A stretch of DNA of 63,669 nucleotides, filler included, from Chiloscyllium plagiosum (taxonomy: Eukaryota), in assembly GCF_004010195.1 (NCBI RefSeq). It is 4 parts of 2 records of this genome, joined end to end, with 100 filler letters (N's around TTAATTAATTAA, not from the genome) between each part and the next. Parts side by side here need not be neighbours in the genome. Positions count along the whole stretch, not along the records: positions 19,055 to 42,298 come from NC_057711.1; positions 42,399 to 62,035 come from NC_057711.1; 2 more parts are not named here. The stretch is one strand, 5' to 3'. Shown piece by piece: positions 37,575 through 50,546 of this stretch. Position 1 is the first letter of the stretch. The number at the start of each line of letters is the position of its first letter. The position numbers and the translations under genes are program-made. Under the pieces are notes generated by a model. The model ran no database searches. It was not told the DNA's origin and saw only the letters and a list, made by a program, of their open reading frames with translations.

Positions 37575-39203
37575 ATCAGGGATAGTGGAGGGAGCTTGTG
37601 CCTGGAGTCAGAGGAGGTAGGGGAGGTTCTTAATGAATATTTGCTTCAGTTGTCACTGCTGAGAGGGAACTTGTCATTTGTGAGGACAGTGTGAAACAGG
37701 CTGATATTACTCAAACAAGTTGAAATTAGGTAGGAGGATGTGTTGAAAATTTTGAAAAACATAAGAATAGAAAAACTCCCTGGGCCAGTCGGGATATACC
37801 CAAGATTTCTACAGGAAGAGGGGAAAGAGATTGCTGCACTTTGACGATGATCTTTGCCAGATGACTGGAGGGTGGCAAATGTTATTCCCTTGTTCAAGAA
37901 AGGGAATAAGGATAATCCTGGGAATTACTGACCTGTCAGTCTTCCATCTGTGGTGGGCAAATTATTGGAGAGGATTCTGACAGACAAGATTTCTGATTAC
38001 TTAGAAAACTGTAGTTTGGTTAGAGACAGCATGGCTTTGTGAGGGGCAGGTCATGCCTCACAAGCCTTATTGAATTCTTTGAGGATGTGACAAAACACAT
38101 GGATGAAGGTAGAACAGTGAATATGACGTACATGGATTTTTACAAGGCATTTGATAAGATCCCCCATGGTAGGCTCATTCAGAAAGTAAGGAGGCATGGG
38201 ATACACGGAAATCTGGCTGTCTGGATACAGAACTGGCTGGCCCATAAAAGACACAGGGTGGTAGTATGTGGAAAGTATTCAGCCTGGAGCTCGGTGACCA
38301 CTGGTGTTCTGCAGGGATTGGTTCTGGGGCCTCTGCTCTTTGCGATTTTTATAAATGACTTGGATGAGAACGTGGAGGGTGGGTTAGTATGTTTGCCGAT
38401 GACATGGAATGTGGATAGTGTGGAAGGCTGTTGTAGGTTGTAATGGGACATTGACAGGATGCAGAGCTGGACTGATAAGTGGCAGATGGAGTTTAACCTG
38501 GAAAAGTGTGAAGTGATTCACTTTGGAAGGTCGAATTTGAATGCAGATTACAAGGTTAAAAGCAGGATTCTTGGCAGTGTGGAGGATAGGGTTAAGAAGG
38601 TGCAGGGTGTGTTGGCTTTCATTAGTAGGAGGATTGAGTTTAAGAACAGCAAGGTTCTTTTGCAGCTCTATAGAGTCCTGGTTAGACCACACTTGGAATA
38701 TTGTGTTCAGTTCAGGTTGCCTCATTAGAGGAAAGATGTGGAAGCTTTAGAGAGAGTGCAGAGGAGATTTACCAGGATGCCGCGTGGACTGGAGGGTATG
38801 TCTTATGAAGAAAGGTTGAGAGAGCTAAGGCTTTTCTTATTGGAGCAGAGAAAGATGAGATATACAAGATGATAAGAGGCATAGATAGAGTGAATAGTTA
38901 GGGACTTTGTTTCAGGGCAGAAATGTCTATCACGCGGGCGCATAATTTTAAGATGATTGAAGGAAGGTTTAGGGGAGATGTCAGAGGTAGGTTCTTTACT
39001 CAGAGTGGTGGGTGCATGGAATGCACTGCCAGCAGTAGTAGTAGAGTCAGAGACATTAGGGACATTTAAGCAATTCTTGGGTAGGCACACAGAAGATAAT
39101 ACAATCAAGGGTATGTAGGTTAGTTTGATCTTAGAGTAAGATAAAAGGTCAGCACAACATTGAGGGCTGAAGGGCCTGTACTGTGCTGTACTGTTCTATG
39201 TTC
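37575..39203 (+). mobile_element. CR1 LINE ORF2 RT to 3' end, frameshifted
   Basis: [14 protein letters not shown]...[16 protein letters not shown]...[33 protein letters not shown], and a TTCTATGTTCT tail. Confidence 0.95.
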
Positions 39204-40631
39204 TTCCCAACTGTCAAATTATTTTTTCCTACTCTCTACTTTCTAGTAGAAAATACCTAAACAACTCCACCAGCAGAAGAGCAGAGCTGTGCCTATCAGT
39301 GAGGACCACTTCTGACCCTACCAAAGTGGTTGGGATGAGCATTAAACCACTTTGCTGCCTTCTTAATATCAGTTTCCTACATCAACAGATAAAGGTGATA
39401 TAGTTGCAGAGGACCATAGGGCTTCAGTCCCAACACAGAGAGATGACTGCTGATGATTTAACCTGAAGGACACCATGCCTCAGGTGAGAGGAGAGCTTGA
39501 AAAGGAGAGTCCTTTGTTGGTAACTTCAGCTGGTGCAGGAATTAAATCCAGGCTGTTGATATCACACTGCAAACCAGTTCACCAGCCCCCAAAATGACAC
39601 ATTTTGTATCTTGAGAAGGTGGGGGAAATGTGGCACTGACCACCTATTTGCCAGGGCCACTTGTTCAATCAGTACTTTGATTTCTGCTCTTCTGGTTTCT
39701 TTTACAATTAAGCTGACAGTTCAGGCATCTCTGGTAGCTATCTAAAACAAACTTTAGAAATTTGCTATTGTGAATGGTGTACTGCAAAGCCTTTTATGTC
39801 CCTTGGTGGAAATCTATTGTTGATAAGCAAAACAGGATCTAGGCCTGTTCTATTTGTGGTTGTTCAGTATTCCCTATGCCTGTTAGTGATTAGTAATTCT
39901 ACACTTATCTCAGGAAATCTTTCTCCATTGACTCCACAATTCACATCAATCCCATCCATTGTTGCTTCCCCTGCCTTCTGGGATATAATTTTCATCCACA
40001 ATAATAAGACAGTTGGCCTGATATTTGTCTTCAGAAAAGGAGCGAGCTACTTATCAATGTATGACAGCTTGCAACAGTTCCTTAAAATCACTATAATTAC
40101 ATCCTGAGCACCAATTCTGGCCCAGTTGCAGCATGACTGCATTACGAACCTGAAAATGATCTCTCAGCATTGTATATTAATTAAGTAGTTATTTCAGCTT
40201 CATCAGGTGACAGAAGTGAAGGGCTGGGATGAGCTTTCCTTCCTCAAGATGTTTTACCTGATGTGGAAATGCTTATGTTATCTTCTGTAACATATAACAA
40301 AAAGCCGAGAGTGGTGATTATGGATTGAAGAAACCAGCAGTTATTTATTACAGCTGCTATTGTGTACAAACGTTGCTCATTGTCTGAGCTAATGTTAAGG
40401 TCATAGATTACAGAAAGCAACATGCATACCGTAGAGTGCCATGCCTCAAGTAATCCCAGGATAAGATGGAGTATGGGACAACCAAGTCATTGTCATGATA
40501 CCGTAATGATATGAGCATGCCTCTTAAAGATATACAGGCCATGAGATACAACACAACATCATCCACAATGGGTAAGAGAAGGTTGAGTGAAGGAATAATC
40601 AAATGTGCAAGATGCAAACTTAATGTACACT

Positions 40632-41255
40632 TGTGACAATAATTTGGCTTTAAGAGGTATATTTTGTACTGTTTTCTTTTGAAGAGAGGTTTTAATTGGG
40701 AGATGATGAGCTGTCTCTTGAAATCTTACAAAGTAAACAGTTTGTGAAGTCTTGGATTTTTTTAATGTAGGAATAACAGAAGCAACCTGAATGGGTGGGG
40801 TTAAGATCCCACCAAGTCAAGATTTTTAGTGCTGGTTTTTCAGTAGTTGTTGGCTGGTTAAACATTGCTGTTAATCTCTCCCTGTTACTCTCTCTCGGAG
40901 TCTTCTCTTGATGTTTTTCCTCCTCAACTAGAGAATTACATGAGACAATCTATTTTTCTGAACTTGCCTTTGTCAAGGGCGTGTTTATGGGATTTTACTA
41001 CATTGAAATAGTTAATGTTTAGTCGTAAAATAATCTACTATTTTGTTAAATTTTCTAATAGAGTAATGTTATTCCAATTTCTTTATTTTGTGGTATTTTA
41101 ACAATAGGGTATGAATGAAGTGTGCTTTGCTTAATGTCGAGTAGTTTGGCCATGGAATTGCATCTGGAATGCAACACCTTACAGTTACCTTTAAAATAAG
41201 AAAAGGTTAGACCCTAACCATCTTGTGAATACATTTTGAGAGGGTTTGCTCTTGT
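40632..41255 (+). mobile_element. Possible solo LTR-like repeat
   Basis: TG start and T-rich LTR-like composition, with a similar impression at about 36030-36580. No TSD or matching 3' terminus was confirmed. Confidence 0.3.
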
Positions 41256-41554
41256 GAATCCCCACACATTCTCATTAATGTGGTGGTGTATATTAGGATG
41301 ACTTAGCATCCTATCCGAGAGAAGAAGCTCTTGCATGGATATATTTAAACTAGACTCCTAGCAAGTGGTGCCTGAGCCCAATTTGAAACCAATGTCTGCA
41401 TCAATCCCAGAATTAGGGATATTATGTGGGGAAATCAGGTAATCATCAGGTCAGTTAAAAGTCACGAGACCAGAATAAAAATAAACATTCAGGGTCCACA
41501 GCTGCTTCTCCGTTCTCTCTGTGAGATGGTTTGTTGAATGTACTACAATGCAAT

Positions 41555-41945
41555 GCAGTGAATCCCCCACTATCAATGTCCTGGAGGTCACCATTGACCA
41601 GAAACTCAACTGGACTCACCATATGAACACAGTAGCTACAAAAGCAGGGTAGAAGTTAGGAATACCGTGGTGAGTAACTCATCCTATGACTCCCCAAAGC
41701 CTGTCTACCGTCTACAAGGCACAAGTCAGGAGTGTGATGGAATACTCCCCATTTGCCTGGATGGGTGCAGTTCCAACAACACTCAAGAAGTTTGACACTA
41801 TTCATTACAAAGCATCCTATTTAATTTGCATCACATCCATAAGCACCCACTCCCCCACCATTGACGTTCATTAACAGCATTGTGTACTATCTACAAGATG
41901 CACTGCAGAAATTCACCAATAGTCCTGAGACAGCACTTTTTAAAC
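41555..41945 (+). mobile_element. Non-LTR LINE C-terminal fragment (3' tail probably at 44205-44365)
   Basis: LEVTIDQKLNW.HH and LSTVYKAQVRSVMEYSPFAWMG. Confidence 0.75.
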
Positions 41946-42826
41946 CACTTCCTCCAAAGCAAAGGAGTAGCCATGGGCACCCGCATGGGCCCCAGCTATG
42001 CCTGCCTCTTCATTGGATATATGGAACAGTCCATCTTCCGCAGCTACACTGGCACCACCGCCCACCTTTTCCTCCACTACATCGATGACTGTATGGCACT
42101 ACCTCGTGCTCCCACGAGGAGGTTGAACAGTTCATCCACTTTACTAACACCTTCCACCCTGACCTCAAATTTACGTGGACCAACTCAGACTCCTCCCTCC
42201 CCTTCCTAGACCTCTCCATTTCTATCTCGGGTGACCGAATCAACACAGACATTTACTATAAACCGACCAACTCCCACAGCTACCTAGATTACATCTCCNN
42301 NNNNNNNNNNNNNNNNNNNNNNNNNNNNNNNNNNNNNNNNNNTTAATTAATTAANNNNNNNNNNNNNNNNNNNNNNNNNNNNNNNNNNNNNNNNNNNNCT
42401 CATCTTCCGCCTCAGAACACTTCAACCCCAGGGTATCAATGTGGACTTCAACAGTTTCCTCATTTCCCCTTCCCCCACCTCACCCTAGTTCTAAATTTCC
42501 AGCTCAGCACTGTCCCCATGACTTGTCCGGACTTGTCCTACCTGCCTATCTCCTTTTCCACCTATCCACTCCACCCTCTCCTCCCTGACCTATCACCTTC
42601 ATCCCCTCCCCCACTCACCCATTGTACTCTATGCTACTTTCTCCCCAACCCCACCCTCCTCGAGCTTATCTCTCCACGCTTCAGGCTCACTGCCTTTATT
42701 CCTGATGAAGGGCTTTTGCCCGAAACGTCGATTTCGCTGCTCCTTCGATGCTGCCTGAACTGCTGTGCTCTTCCAGCACCACTAATCCAGAATCTGGTTT
42801 CCAGCATCTGCAGTCATTGTTTTTAA
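41944..42826 (+). mobile_element. Neptune-type PLE RT fragment, gap, then 3' end and pLTR with an intact hammerhead core (42702-42729)
   Basis: HFLQSKGVAMGTRMGPSYACLFIGYMEQ...LHYIDDC; CTGATGAAGGGCTTTTGCCCGAAACGTC. Confidence 0.93.
42299..42398. other. Assembly gap with artificial spacer
   Basis: N44-TTAATTAATTAA-N44. Confidence 0.97.
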
Positions 42827-43034
42827 CTCATAAAATTGGCAAGACTACTACTGTTGCAGGCAGGGTTTTCCATGCATCTGCAACTCTCTGAGTAAAGAAT
42901 CTACCTTTGACATCTGTCCTATATCTATCACCCCTCAATTTAAAGCTATGTCCCTCATGCTAGTCATCACCATCCGAGGAAAAAGGCTCTCACTGTCCAC
43001 CCTATCTGATCCTTTGATCATCTTGCATACCAAA

Positions 43035-44190
43035 GAGTCACAGAGTCATAGAGATGTACAGCATGGAAACAGACCCTTCCATCCAAATAATCCATGCTGA
43101 CCAGATATCCTAACCTAATTTAGTTCCATTTGCCAGCATTTGACCCATAGCCTCCCTCGGGCAGCTCTCCCCATGTCTGCATGAGTTTCCTCTGGGTGTT
43201 CCGGTTTACTCCCACAATCCAAAAATGTGCAGGTTAGGTGAATTGGCCATGCTAAATTGCCCATAATGTTCAGGGATGTATAGGCTACATGCATAAGTCA
43301 GGGGTAAATATTGGGTAGGGGAATAGCTCTGGGTGGGTCACTCTTCAGACGGTTGGTGAGGACTTGTTGGGCAGAAGGGCCTGTTTCCACATTGTTGGGA
43401 ATTGAATTCTAATTCTAATGCTAATTTTATCCCTCTAAACCCTTCCTATTCATATAGCCATCCAGATGCCTTTCAAATACTGTAATCCTACCAGCTTCCA
43501 GCACTTCCTCTGGCAGCTCATTCTATACACACACCACCTTCTGCATGAAAAAGTTGCCCCTTTAGTCTCTTTTATATTTTTTCCCTCTCACCCTAAATCT
43601 ATGCCCCCTAGTTCTGGACTCCCCCATCCCAGGGGATTTATCCTATCCACGCCCGTCATGATTTTATAAGGTCACCCTCAGCCTCGCACGCTCCAGGGAA
43701 AACAGCCCCAGCCTACTCAACTTCTTCCTATAGTTCAAACCCTCCAACCCTGGCAACATCCTTGCAAATCTTTTCTGAACCCTTTCAAGTTTAACAACAT
43801 CCTTCCGATAAGGAGACCAGAATTGCACACAATATTTCAAAAGTGGCCTAACCAATGTCCTGTACAACTGCAACATGACCTCCCAACTCTTATACTCAAT
43901 GCTCTGATCAATAAAGGAAAGCTTACCAAATGCCTTCTTCACTATCCTATCTACCTGCAACTCTACTTTCAAGGAACTATGAACTTGCACTCAAAGGTCT
44001 CTTTGTTCAGCAACACTCCCCAGGACCTTACCATTAAATGGATAAGTCCTGCTCTGATTTGCTTTTCCAAAATGCAGCACCTCACATTTATCTAAACTCC
44101 ATCTGCCACTCTTCAGTCCATTGACCCATCTGATCTAGATCCCGTTGTACTCTGAGATAAACTTCTTCACTGTCCACGACACCTCTAATC
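43035..44190 (-). mobile_element. CR1/HER1 LINE 3' part with a nested + strand SINE (about 43155-43420)
   Basis: ORF 43664-43990 LQLYRTLVRPLLKYCVQFWSP..KDVVKLERVQKRF, with tail repeats at 43035-43052. Confidence 0.9.
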
Positions 44191-44893
44191 TATTAAGTTA
44201 CCTCTTAAACTTCCTCTCCCCAACTGCCAATCTTACCTGGTCTGGCCTATATGTGACTCCACACCCACAGCAATGTGGTTGACTCCTAATGGCTCTCTGA
44301 GCAATTAGGGATGGGTAATAAATTGTAGCTTCGTCAATGATGGCCTCATCCCGTGAATGAATTAAAAAAAGGACAGCTCTGTCTAAATTAGGCAAAGACA
44401 TGGGCCCAAAGTTTCCCATTGGATTCCTTATTTCCAACCCAGATTAGACAAAACATTGCCCAGGTTTCAAACTGCAAGGTAGATGATGGGGTGTTTACAC
44501 AGTGAGAAGCAACTCCTTTATTTACTGGCTGCTGTCTTGTTTTCACTAACTGAGTGGCAGGCACTCACTTGCCTCTATACATTGAAACATATGAAGCCAG
44601 ATCTTCTGATGTCAACAGGAGGGAATACTGAGGAATCCACAATGTTACATTTTAAGACTATCAGAAGTCCCGACACATACACAAAAACAGTAACTACTCA
44701 GAAGTTTCACCTTTCTAATGAGCTGATTTACAATGCCCAGGATCTCTGTGAATGACTCTTGCATGTACCTTAGTGTCAAAGATTTGGGCTAGATACACAC
44801 AGCTTATCTGAACACTTACCGTAAAATTGTTACATCATTTGATCTCTTGCGTATCTCAATGATTAATAGCACAACCCAACCTACCTACAAAAT

Positions 44894-45025
44894 GGAGAAA
44901 GTGAGGACAGCAAATTCTGGAGATCAGAGTTGAGAGTGTGATGCTGGAAAAGTACAGCAGGTCAGGCAGCATCCAAGGAGCAGGAGAATCGACATTTCGG
45001 GCATAGGCCCTTCATCAGGAATGAG
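44894..45025 (-). mobile_element. PLE pLTR with hammerhead (44991-45018; CpG-decayed helix III)
   Basis: Minus strand reads CTGATGAAGGGCCTATGCCCGAAATGTC plus tail. Confidence 0.88.
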
Positions 45026-48000
45026 GGATTACCTAAAAATTGACCCACCATCATACCCCAAAATTGTCCACCCACAAAAACCACTCCCATCTTCACCCAA
45101 TTCGAGAAGCTAAACACCGAACCCAACTACCAGTCCATTAACATAACTAACTAATTTACCCATTCATCTGCAATCATTCAATAACTCACTCATTCAATCA
45201 CCAAACTCAGGTGCATGGCTGCACACTCATTTACCCACTCACTTATCAATCCAGTGATATTTCACCTTAGAATCATTTTAAAGCACTTACTTCAGTACTG
45301 CAGCTGATGTAAAACGGGGTTTCCCCTTGTACTGTTCCTCTTTAGCAATGCTCTCTATGAATGTCTGCAGCTGGGACAGCCCTGAAATATATTTAATCAT
45401 CTAGCTTCTTCATCCCTCTGTAATAAGAAACACAAATATTCTCTCCTATCGGAGAGAAGAATTTCCTCCTCATCTCTCTTAAATGGGTGATCCCAGAGTG
45501 TGAAATTATGCCCTGTGGTCCTTGATTCTCCCACAAGGGAAAATAAATACTCAGCATCAACATCGCTAAGCCTATAAGAATCTTATATGTTTCAGTAAGG
45601 TCATCTCTAATTCTTGTGAACTTTAATGAATACAAGCACAATTTACTCAATATCTCATAAGAAAATCTTTCCCTGCCCAGGATCAACTTAGTAAACCTTC
45701 TCTAGGCTGACTCCAATGCCAATAGATTATTTCCTTCGTTAAGTAGGATAAAACTGTTCAAATATTTTATGTGTGGTCTAACGAGAGGATTATATAGTTT
45801 TAACAAGACTTCCATTTACCTTCCTGATTACCTGCTGAACTTGGCTGCTTGCAGTTTGTAATTCACTCATGAAGACTGTTGAATACCTGTGTGCTGTCGC
45901 TTTCCTCAATTTAAACAGGAACAAGGGAATGACAGTAGGCCATTCAGCCCCTCAAGCCTGTTCTGCCACTTTATGATATCATGGATTATCTGTGGCATAA
46001 CTTTATATGTCTGCTTTTGCCCTATATTTCTTAATACCTTTGCTTATGCATTTATCTATCTCAGATCAAAAATTAGCAACTGGTCTAATGATTTGCAATG
46101 CCCAGGACGTCTGTGTTCCTCTTTATCCTGCCAAAGTACACGATCTCACATTTCCCCATATGATATTCTGCCATGTTTTTTCACAAGGACTTAACCTGGT
46201 TACATCCCTCTGCAGATTCTTTGTGTCATCCTCACCGCTTGCCTCCCCCTTATGTCAGTTGCAAAATTGTACATTCACTTTACTCAACCAGTAATGGATG
46301 GCTCTATCTTTAATATATATTATAAATAACTGTGGCCTCAGCACTGATCCTTGTGGCGCTCCACTAGTTACAGGTTGCCATTCTGAAAATGCCCTCCTTA
46401 TCCAAAGTCTTTGTCATTTAATTGTCAGCCAATTCTCTAACAATGCCAAAATAATACCCCAACCAACCTTCCCACCAAGGGCAAGGCCACACGGTAGCTG
46501 GGAAGCTCTGCATACATTGATCAGTGTGCAGATGAATGGCTCTCACTTCCGCACTCAGGGGTGCAAGCAATGTTGAAAAAAATGATAGATAATGTTTCCC
46601 CAACACCATGGGCTATTATTAGCTAGTATTGTGTGCAGTACCTTTCTTTATTACCCAAATATATCTACTGGTTCCCTTTTATCTTGCTTGTTACCTCCTC
46701 AATTGTCTTGCTTGTTATCTCCTCAAAGAATCCTAATGAATATGCCAGGCATGAATTCCCCTTCATGCAGCCATGCGGACTCTGCTTTATGGTATTATGC
46801 ATTTTCCAAATACTCTACTATTGTATCTTTTGTTAGAGACTCTAAAATCTTTCCAATGACAGATGTTTAGCTAACTAGTCAATAATTACGTATTCTTGTC
46901 TCCCTCACTTTTTGAATAAGGGTATTAAATTGACAGTTTTCCAATCATCTGGGATTTTTCTAGAAACTAAGTATTCTTGGAAGACTATGATTACAGTATC
47001 CATTATCTCTGTAGCTACTTCTTTTGCTCTACTCAGATGCAAACCCCCCAGGTCTAGGGGATTGATTGGCCTTTAGCCCCATTAGCTTCCCTGGTACATG
47101 TTCTTTAGTGATAGTTATTGTTTTTATGTCCTCCCTGCTTAGCCACTTTATTATTTAGTATTTTTTGGAATGTTATTTATATTCTCTACAGATAAGACTG
47201 TTACAAAATATTTATTCAACTCCTCTGCCATTTCCTGGTTCCACAATATCATTACTCCAGCCTCATTCTCAAAGGAGTATATATTCATTTTGGCTTCTCT
47301 CTTCCATTGTATATCTTTAAAGAAACTCCGTCAATCCTTTTCTATATAGCTTGCTCATTTACTCTCTAAGATTTACTTGCATAGTTGCATACTCATTTCT
47401 TTTGGTCGTCTTTTGTTGGTTTTTAAAATTTTCCTAATCCTCTGGATTATCAACAATCTTTGCTACACCATATGTTTCTTTTCTTTCAATTTGATACAAT
47501 CTTTAATTTCCTTGGTTTGTTTCCCCCTTCCTAGAATCCTTCTTCCTTGCTTTAATTTATTTTCATTATGAATTATTATTATTTTCTGAAATGTCTGCAA
47601 TTGTTCCTCAACCATCTTTACCTTTAATCTCCTTTCTCAGTCCATCACAGTGAACTTTGCTCTCATTTCTATTTAATTTCCCTGACTTAAATTTAGCACA
47701 GTTGCTTCCACATTCAAGTGTCTCAGACTCAAACTGAATACTGGACTCTACATGACTGGACTCTATAATACCCAAGTTATGGTCATTGTTTCCTGAGGGA
47801 TCTTTTACTCTGACATCATTTCTTAAATCCTCCTCATTACACATTACCAGATCCAAAACAGCCTGATCCCTGGTTGGACCCTCAACATATTGTTCTCAGA
47901 AACTGTCTTGAATATACCCTGTGAATTATTTTTCATGGTCATCTCTGACAATTGCATTTTCCCAATCTACATGAAGATTGGAGTCAGTCATAGCTAATGT

Positions 48001-48100
48001 ACTGCACTCATTATTTCCTGATTTATTCTCTGTCCCATATTATACTTAACAACAGTGAATCTATAGACTAATGGATTTCAACCATTGTTGTCATAGCACA

Positions 48101-48607
48101 CCCTCTGGGACACCCGCACCAACCAACCCAACCGCCCCGTGGCTGAACACTTGAACTCCCCCTCCCACTCCGCCAAGGACATGCAGGTCCTTGGCCTCCT
48201 CCATCGCCAGACCATGGCAACACGACGCCTGGAGGAAGAGCGACTCATCTTCCGCCTAGGAATCCTCCAACCACAAGGGGTGAATGCAGATTTCTCCAGC
48301 TTCCTTATTTCCCCTCCCCCCACCTTTTCTCAGTCCCAACCCTCAGATCAGCACCGCCTTCTTGACCTGCAATCTTCTTCCTGACCTCTCTGCCCCACCC
48401 CCTCTCCGGCCTATCACCCTCACCTTAACCTCCTTCCACCTATCACATTCCCAACGCCCCTCCCCCAAGTTCCTCCTCCCTACCTTTTATCTTAGCCTGC
48501 TTGGCACACCCTCCTCATTCCTGAAGAAGGGCTTATGCCCGAAACGTCGATTCTCCTTCTCCTTTGATGCTGCCTGACCTGCTGCACTTTTCCAGCAACA
48601 CATTTTT
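48101..48607 (+). mobile_element. 5'-truncated PLE: GIY-YIG C-terminus plus pLTR with an intact hammerhead core (48521-48548)
   Basis: VAEHLNSPSHSAKDMQVLGL...RRLEEERLIFRLGILQPQGVNADF. 8-bp TSD ATAGCACA at 48093-48100 and 48608-48615. Confidence 0.93.
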
Positions 48608-49264
48608 ATAGCACATGGTGTGCTATGACAAGGCGAGAATTCTACCACGAAACTTTCATGCCTGCATTTCCGATTTCCTCTGTCTATTATTGAAGTTGCA
48701 TCTACTGACATTCAGCCCTGTGCATAAGCACGAGAAGGGAAATCCAATCAATTATGCAGCCTGTTTGCCTTGATGCTGAAAAGATTGGGACCCACTGCTA
48801 CAGACTTTGCCACGAATTACTCTGATATCTGATCTCCACCCATGCAAATTCAGTATCTTCCAATCGAAGATCATTTCTTGCTTACTCCATTCGTACTAAC
48901 AAAGCTATCCTAACACAGTTTCCTTCCTGCTTGTCTTTTCAAAAAATCAGACACTCCTGAATATTTAGTTCCCAACTTTGACTCTGCAATGGTTAAGATT
49001 ATACCCAATAAATTCTATTTGTGCCATTAATTCATTTATTTTGTTCCAAACACTTTATGCAATAGGTAAAAAGCCATTAATTTTGCCTTTTTATGACTTG
49101 CTTCCCTTTGACCTTATTTGTTGCTTTTGTTTAATTCCTTAAGTCCTTTAAAACATTGCCTACCCCACTTTGTGTGGCATTACCAAATAGCTGCACTGCC
49201 ATCCTATTTTGTTGCTTTGCATAACACCTTCTCATACCTCCACACCTTCTATTTACTTAGATTG

Positions 49265-49730
49265 TATACAACCTCATCAGCTCAGGGGATTTTCCACCCA
49301 CGGTTCCAACCTCATAGTTTGGGAACCCTACAGTGCCCGGTTTGACCTCCTACCCAAGATCCACAAGCCTGACTACCCTGGCCGACCAATAATCTCGATT
49401 TGCTGCTGCCCCACCAAATTCATCTCCACATACCTTGATACTGTCCTATCCCCCTGGTCCAGGAACTGCCCACATACGTTTGGGACACGCCCTCCACCTC
49501 CTCCAAGACTTTCATTTCACTGGACCCCAATGCCTAAAAAAGGCCTCATTCCTGATGACAGGCTTTTGCCCGAAATGTCAACTCTCCTGCTCCTTGGATA
49601 CTGCCTGACTTGCTGTGCTTTTCCCGATACATCGACTCTCCTGTTCCTCGGATACTGCCAGACCTGCTGTGCTTTTCCAGCATCACACTTCCGACTCTAA
49701 TTGACAACACACAGTCCTCACTTTCGCCTA
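49265..49730 (+). mobile_element. PLE RT N-terminal fragment fused to a partly duplicated pLTR
   Basis: ARFDLLPKIHKPDYPGRPIIS...ISTYLDTVLSP; decayed hammerhead at 49552-49579; tandem duplication of about 55 nt. Confidence 0.85.
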
Positions 49731-50357
49731 GCCCTTGCTATAACCCTCGTTATTTAATTTGCAAGGACACTAGTCCCAGCAATATTCAAATGAAGCGTGT
49801 CCCAGTGGAACAGCTTCCTTCTACCCCCCACCCCCGTATAGTTGTGAATGCCCCATGAACTGAAAGTCATTCCTCCCACATGAGTATTTAAGCTATGCAT
49901 TTGACTCTTTGACTTTATTTTCATGTGCCAGTGTCCTCATAGTTCATGCAAGAATCCTGAAGTTATTACCTTGGAGGTTCTGCTTTTCAATTTAACTCAT
50001 ATTAGCTCAATTTATTTCAGCAGAACCTCCTTCCTCATTGTATGCATGTCATTCATCCTAACTTGGCTCCACTTCAAGTTCATCTCCAGCCTTGAGGAAA
50101 TGTCCCTCACCAGAAAGAAAACACAGATATGTGAAGTTATGTTTATGGCTTTAGTTATCTTCTTACTTATATTGTGCCCAGCCACAGTGCATTCCTATTT
50201 TCTCCCTGCATTCGAGTGACCCCCTGTACTACAACGCCATAGCTAGTTTGCTCATCTTTCCAGCAATCTCCACTATCAAAAGATTCACAACTGTTAGACA
50301 ATTTTAGGGACCGAGACTCCCTGTGTCTCCATACCTGCTTTACCTTCAGTCACAGCA

Positions 50358-50546
50358 GAAAATGTGTTGCTGGAAAAGCGCAGCAGGTCATGCAGCATCC
50401 AAGGAGCAGGAGAATCGACGTTTCGGGCATGAGCCTCATGCCCGAAACGTTGATTCTCCTGTTCCTTGGATGCTACCTGACCTGCTGCGCTTTTTCAGCA
50501 ACACATTTTCAGCTCTGATCTCCAGCATCTGCAGTCTTCACTTTCT
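50358..50546. mobile_element. Foldback PLE pLTR insertion (family A)
   Basis: Centre GGGCATGAG-C-CTCATGCCC. 15-bp TSD CCTTCAGTCACAGCA at 50343-50357 and 50547-50561. Confidence 0.93.
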
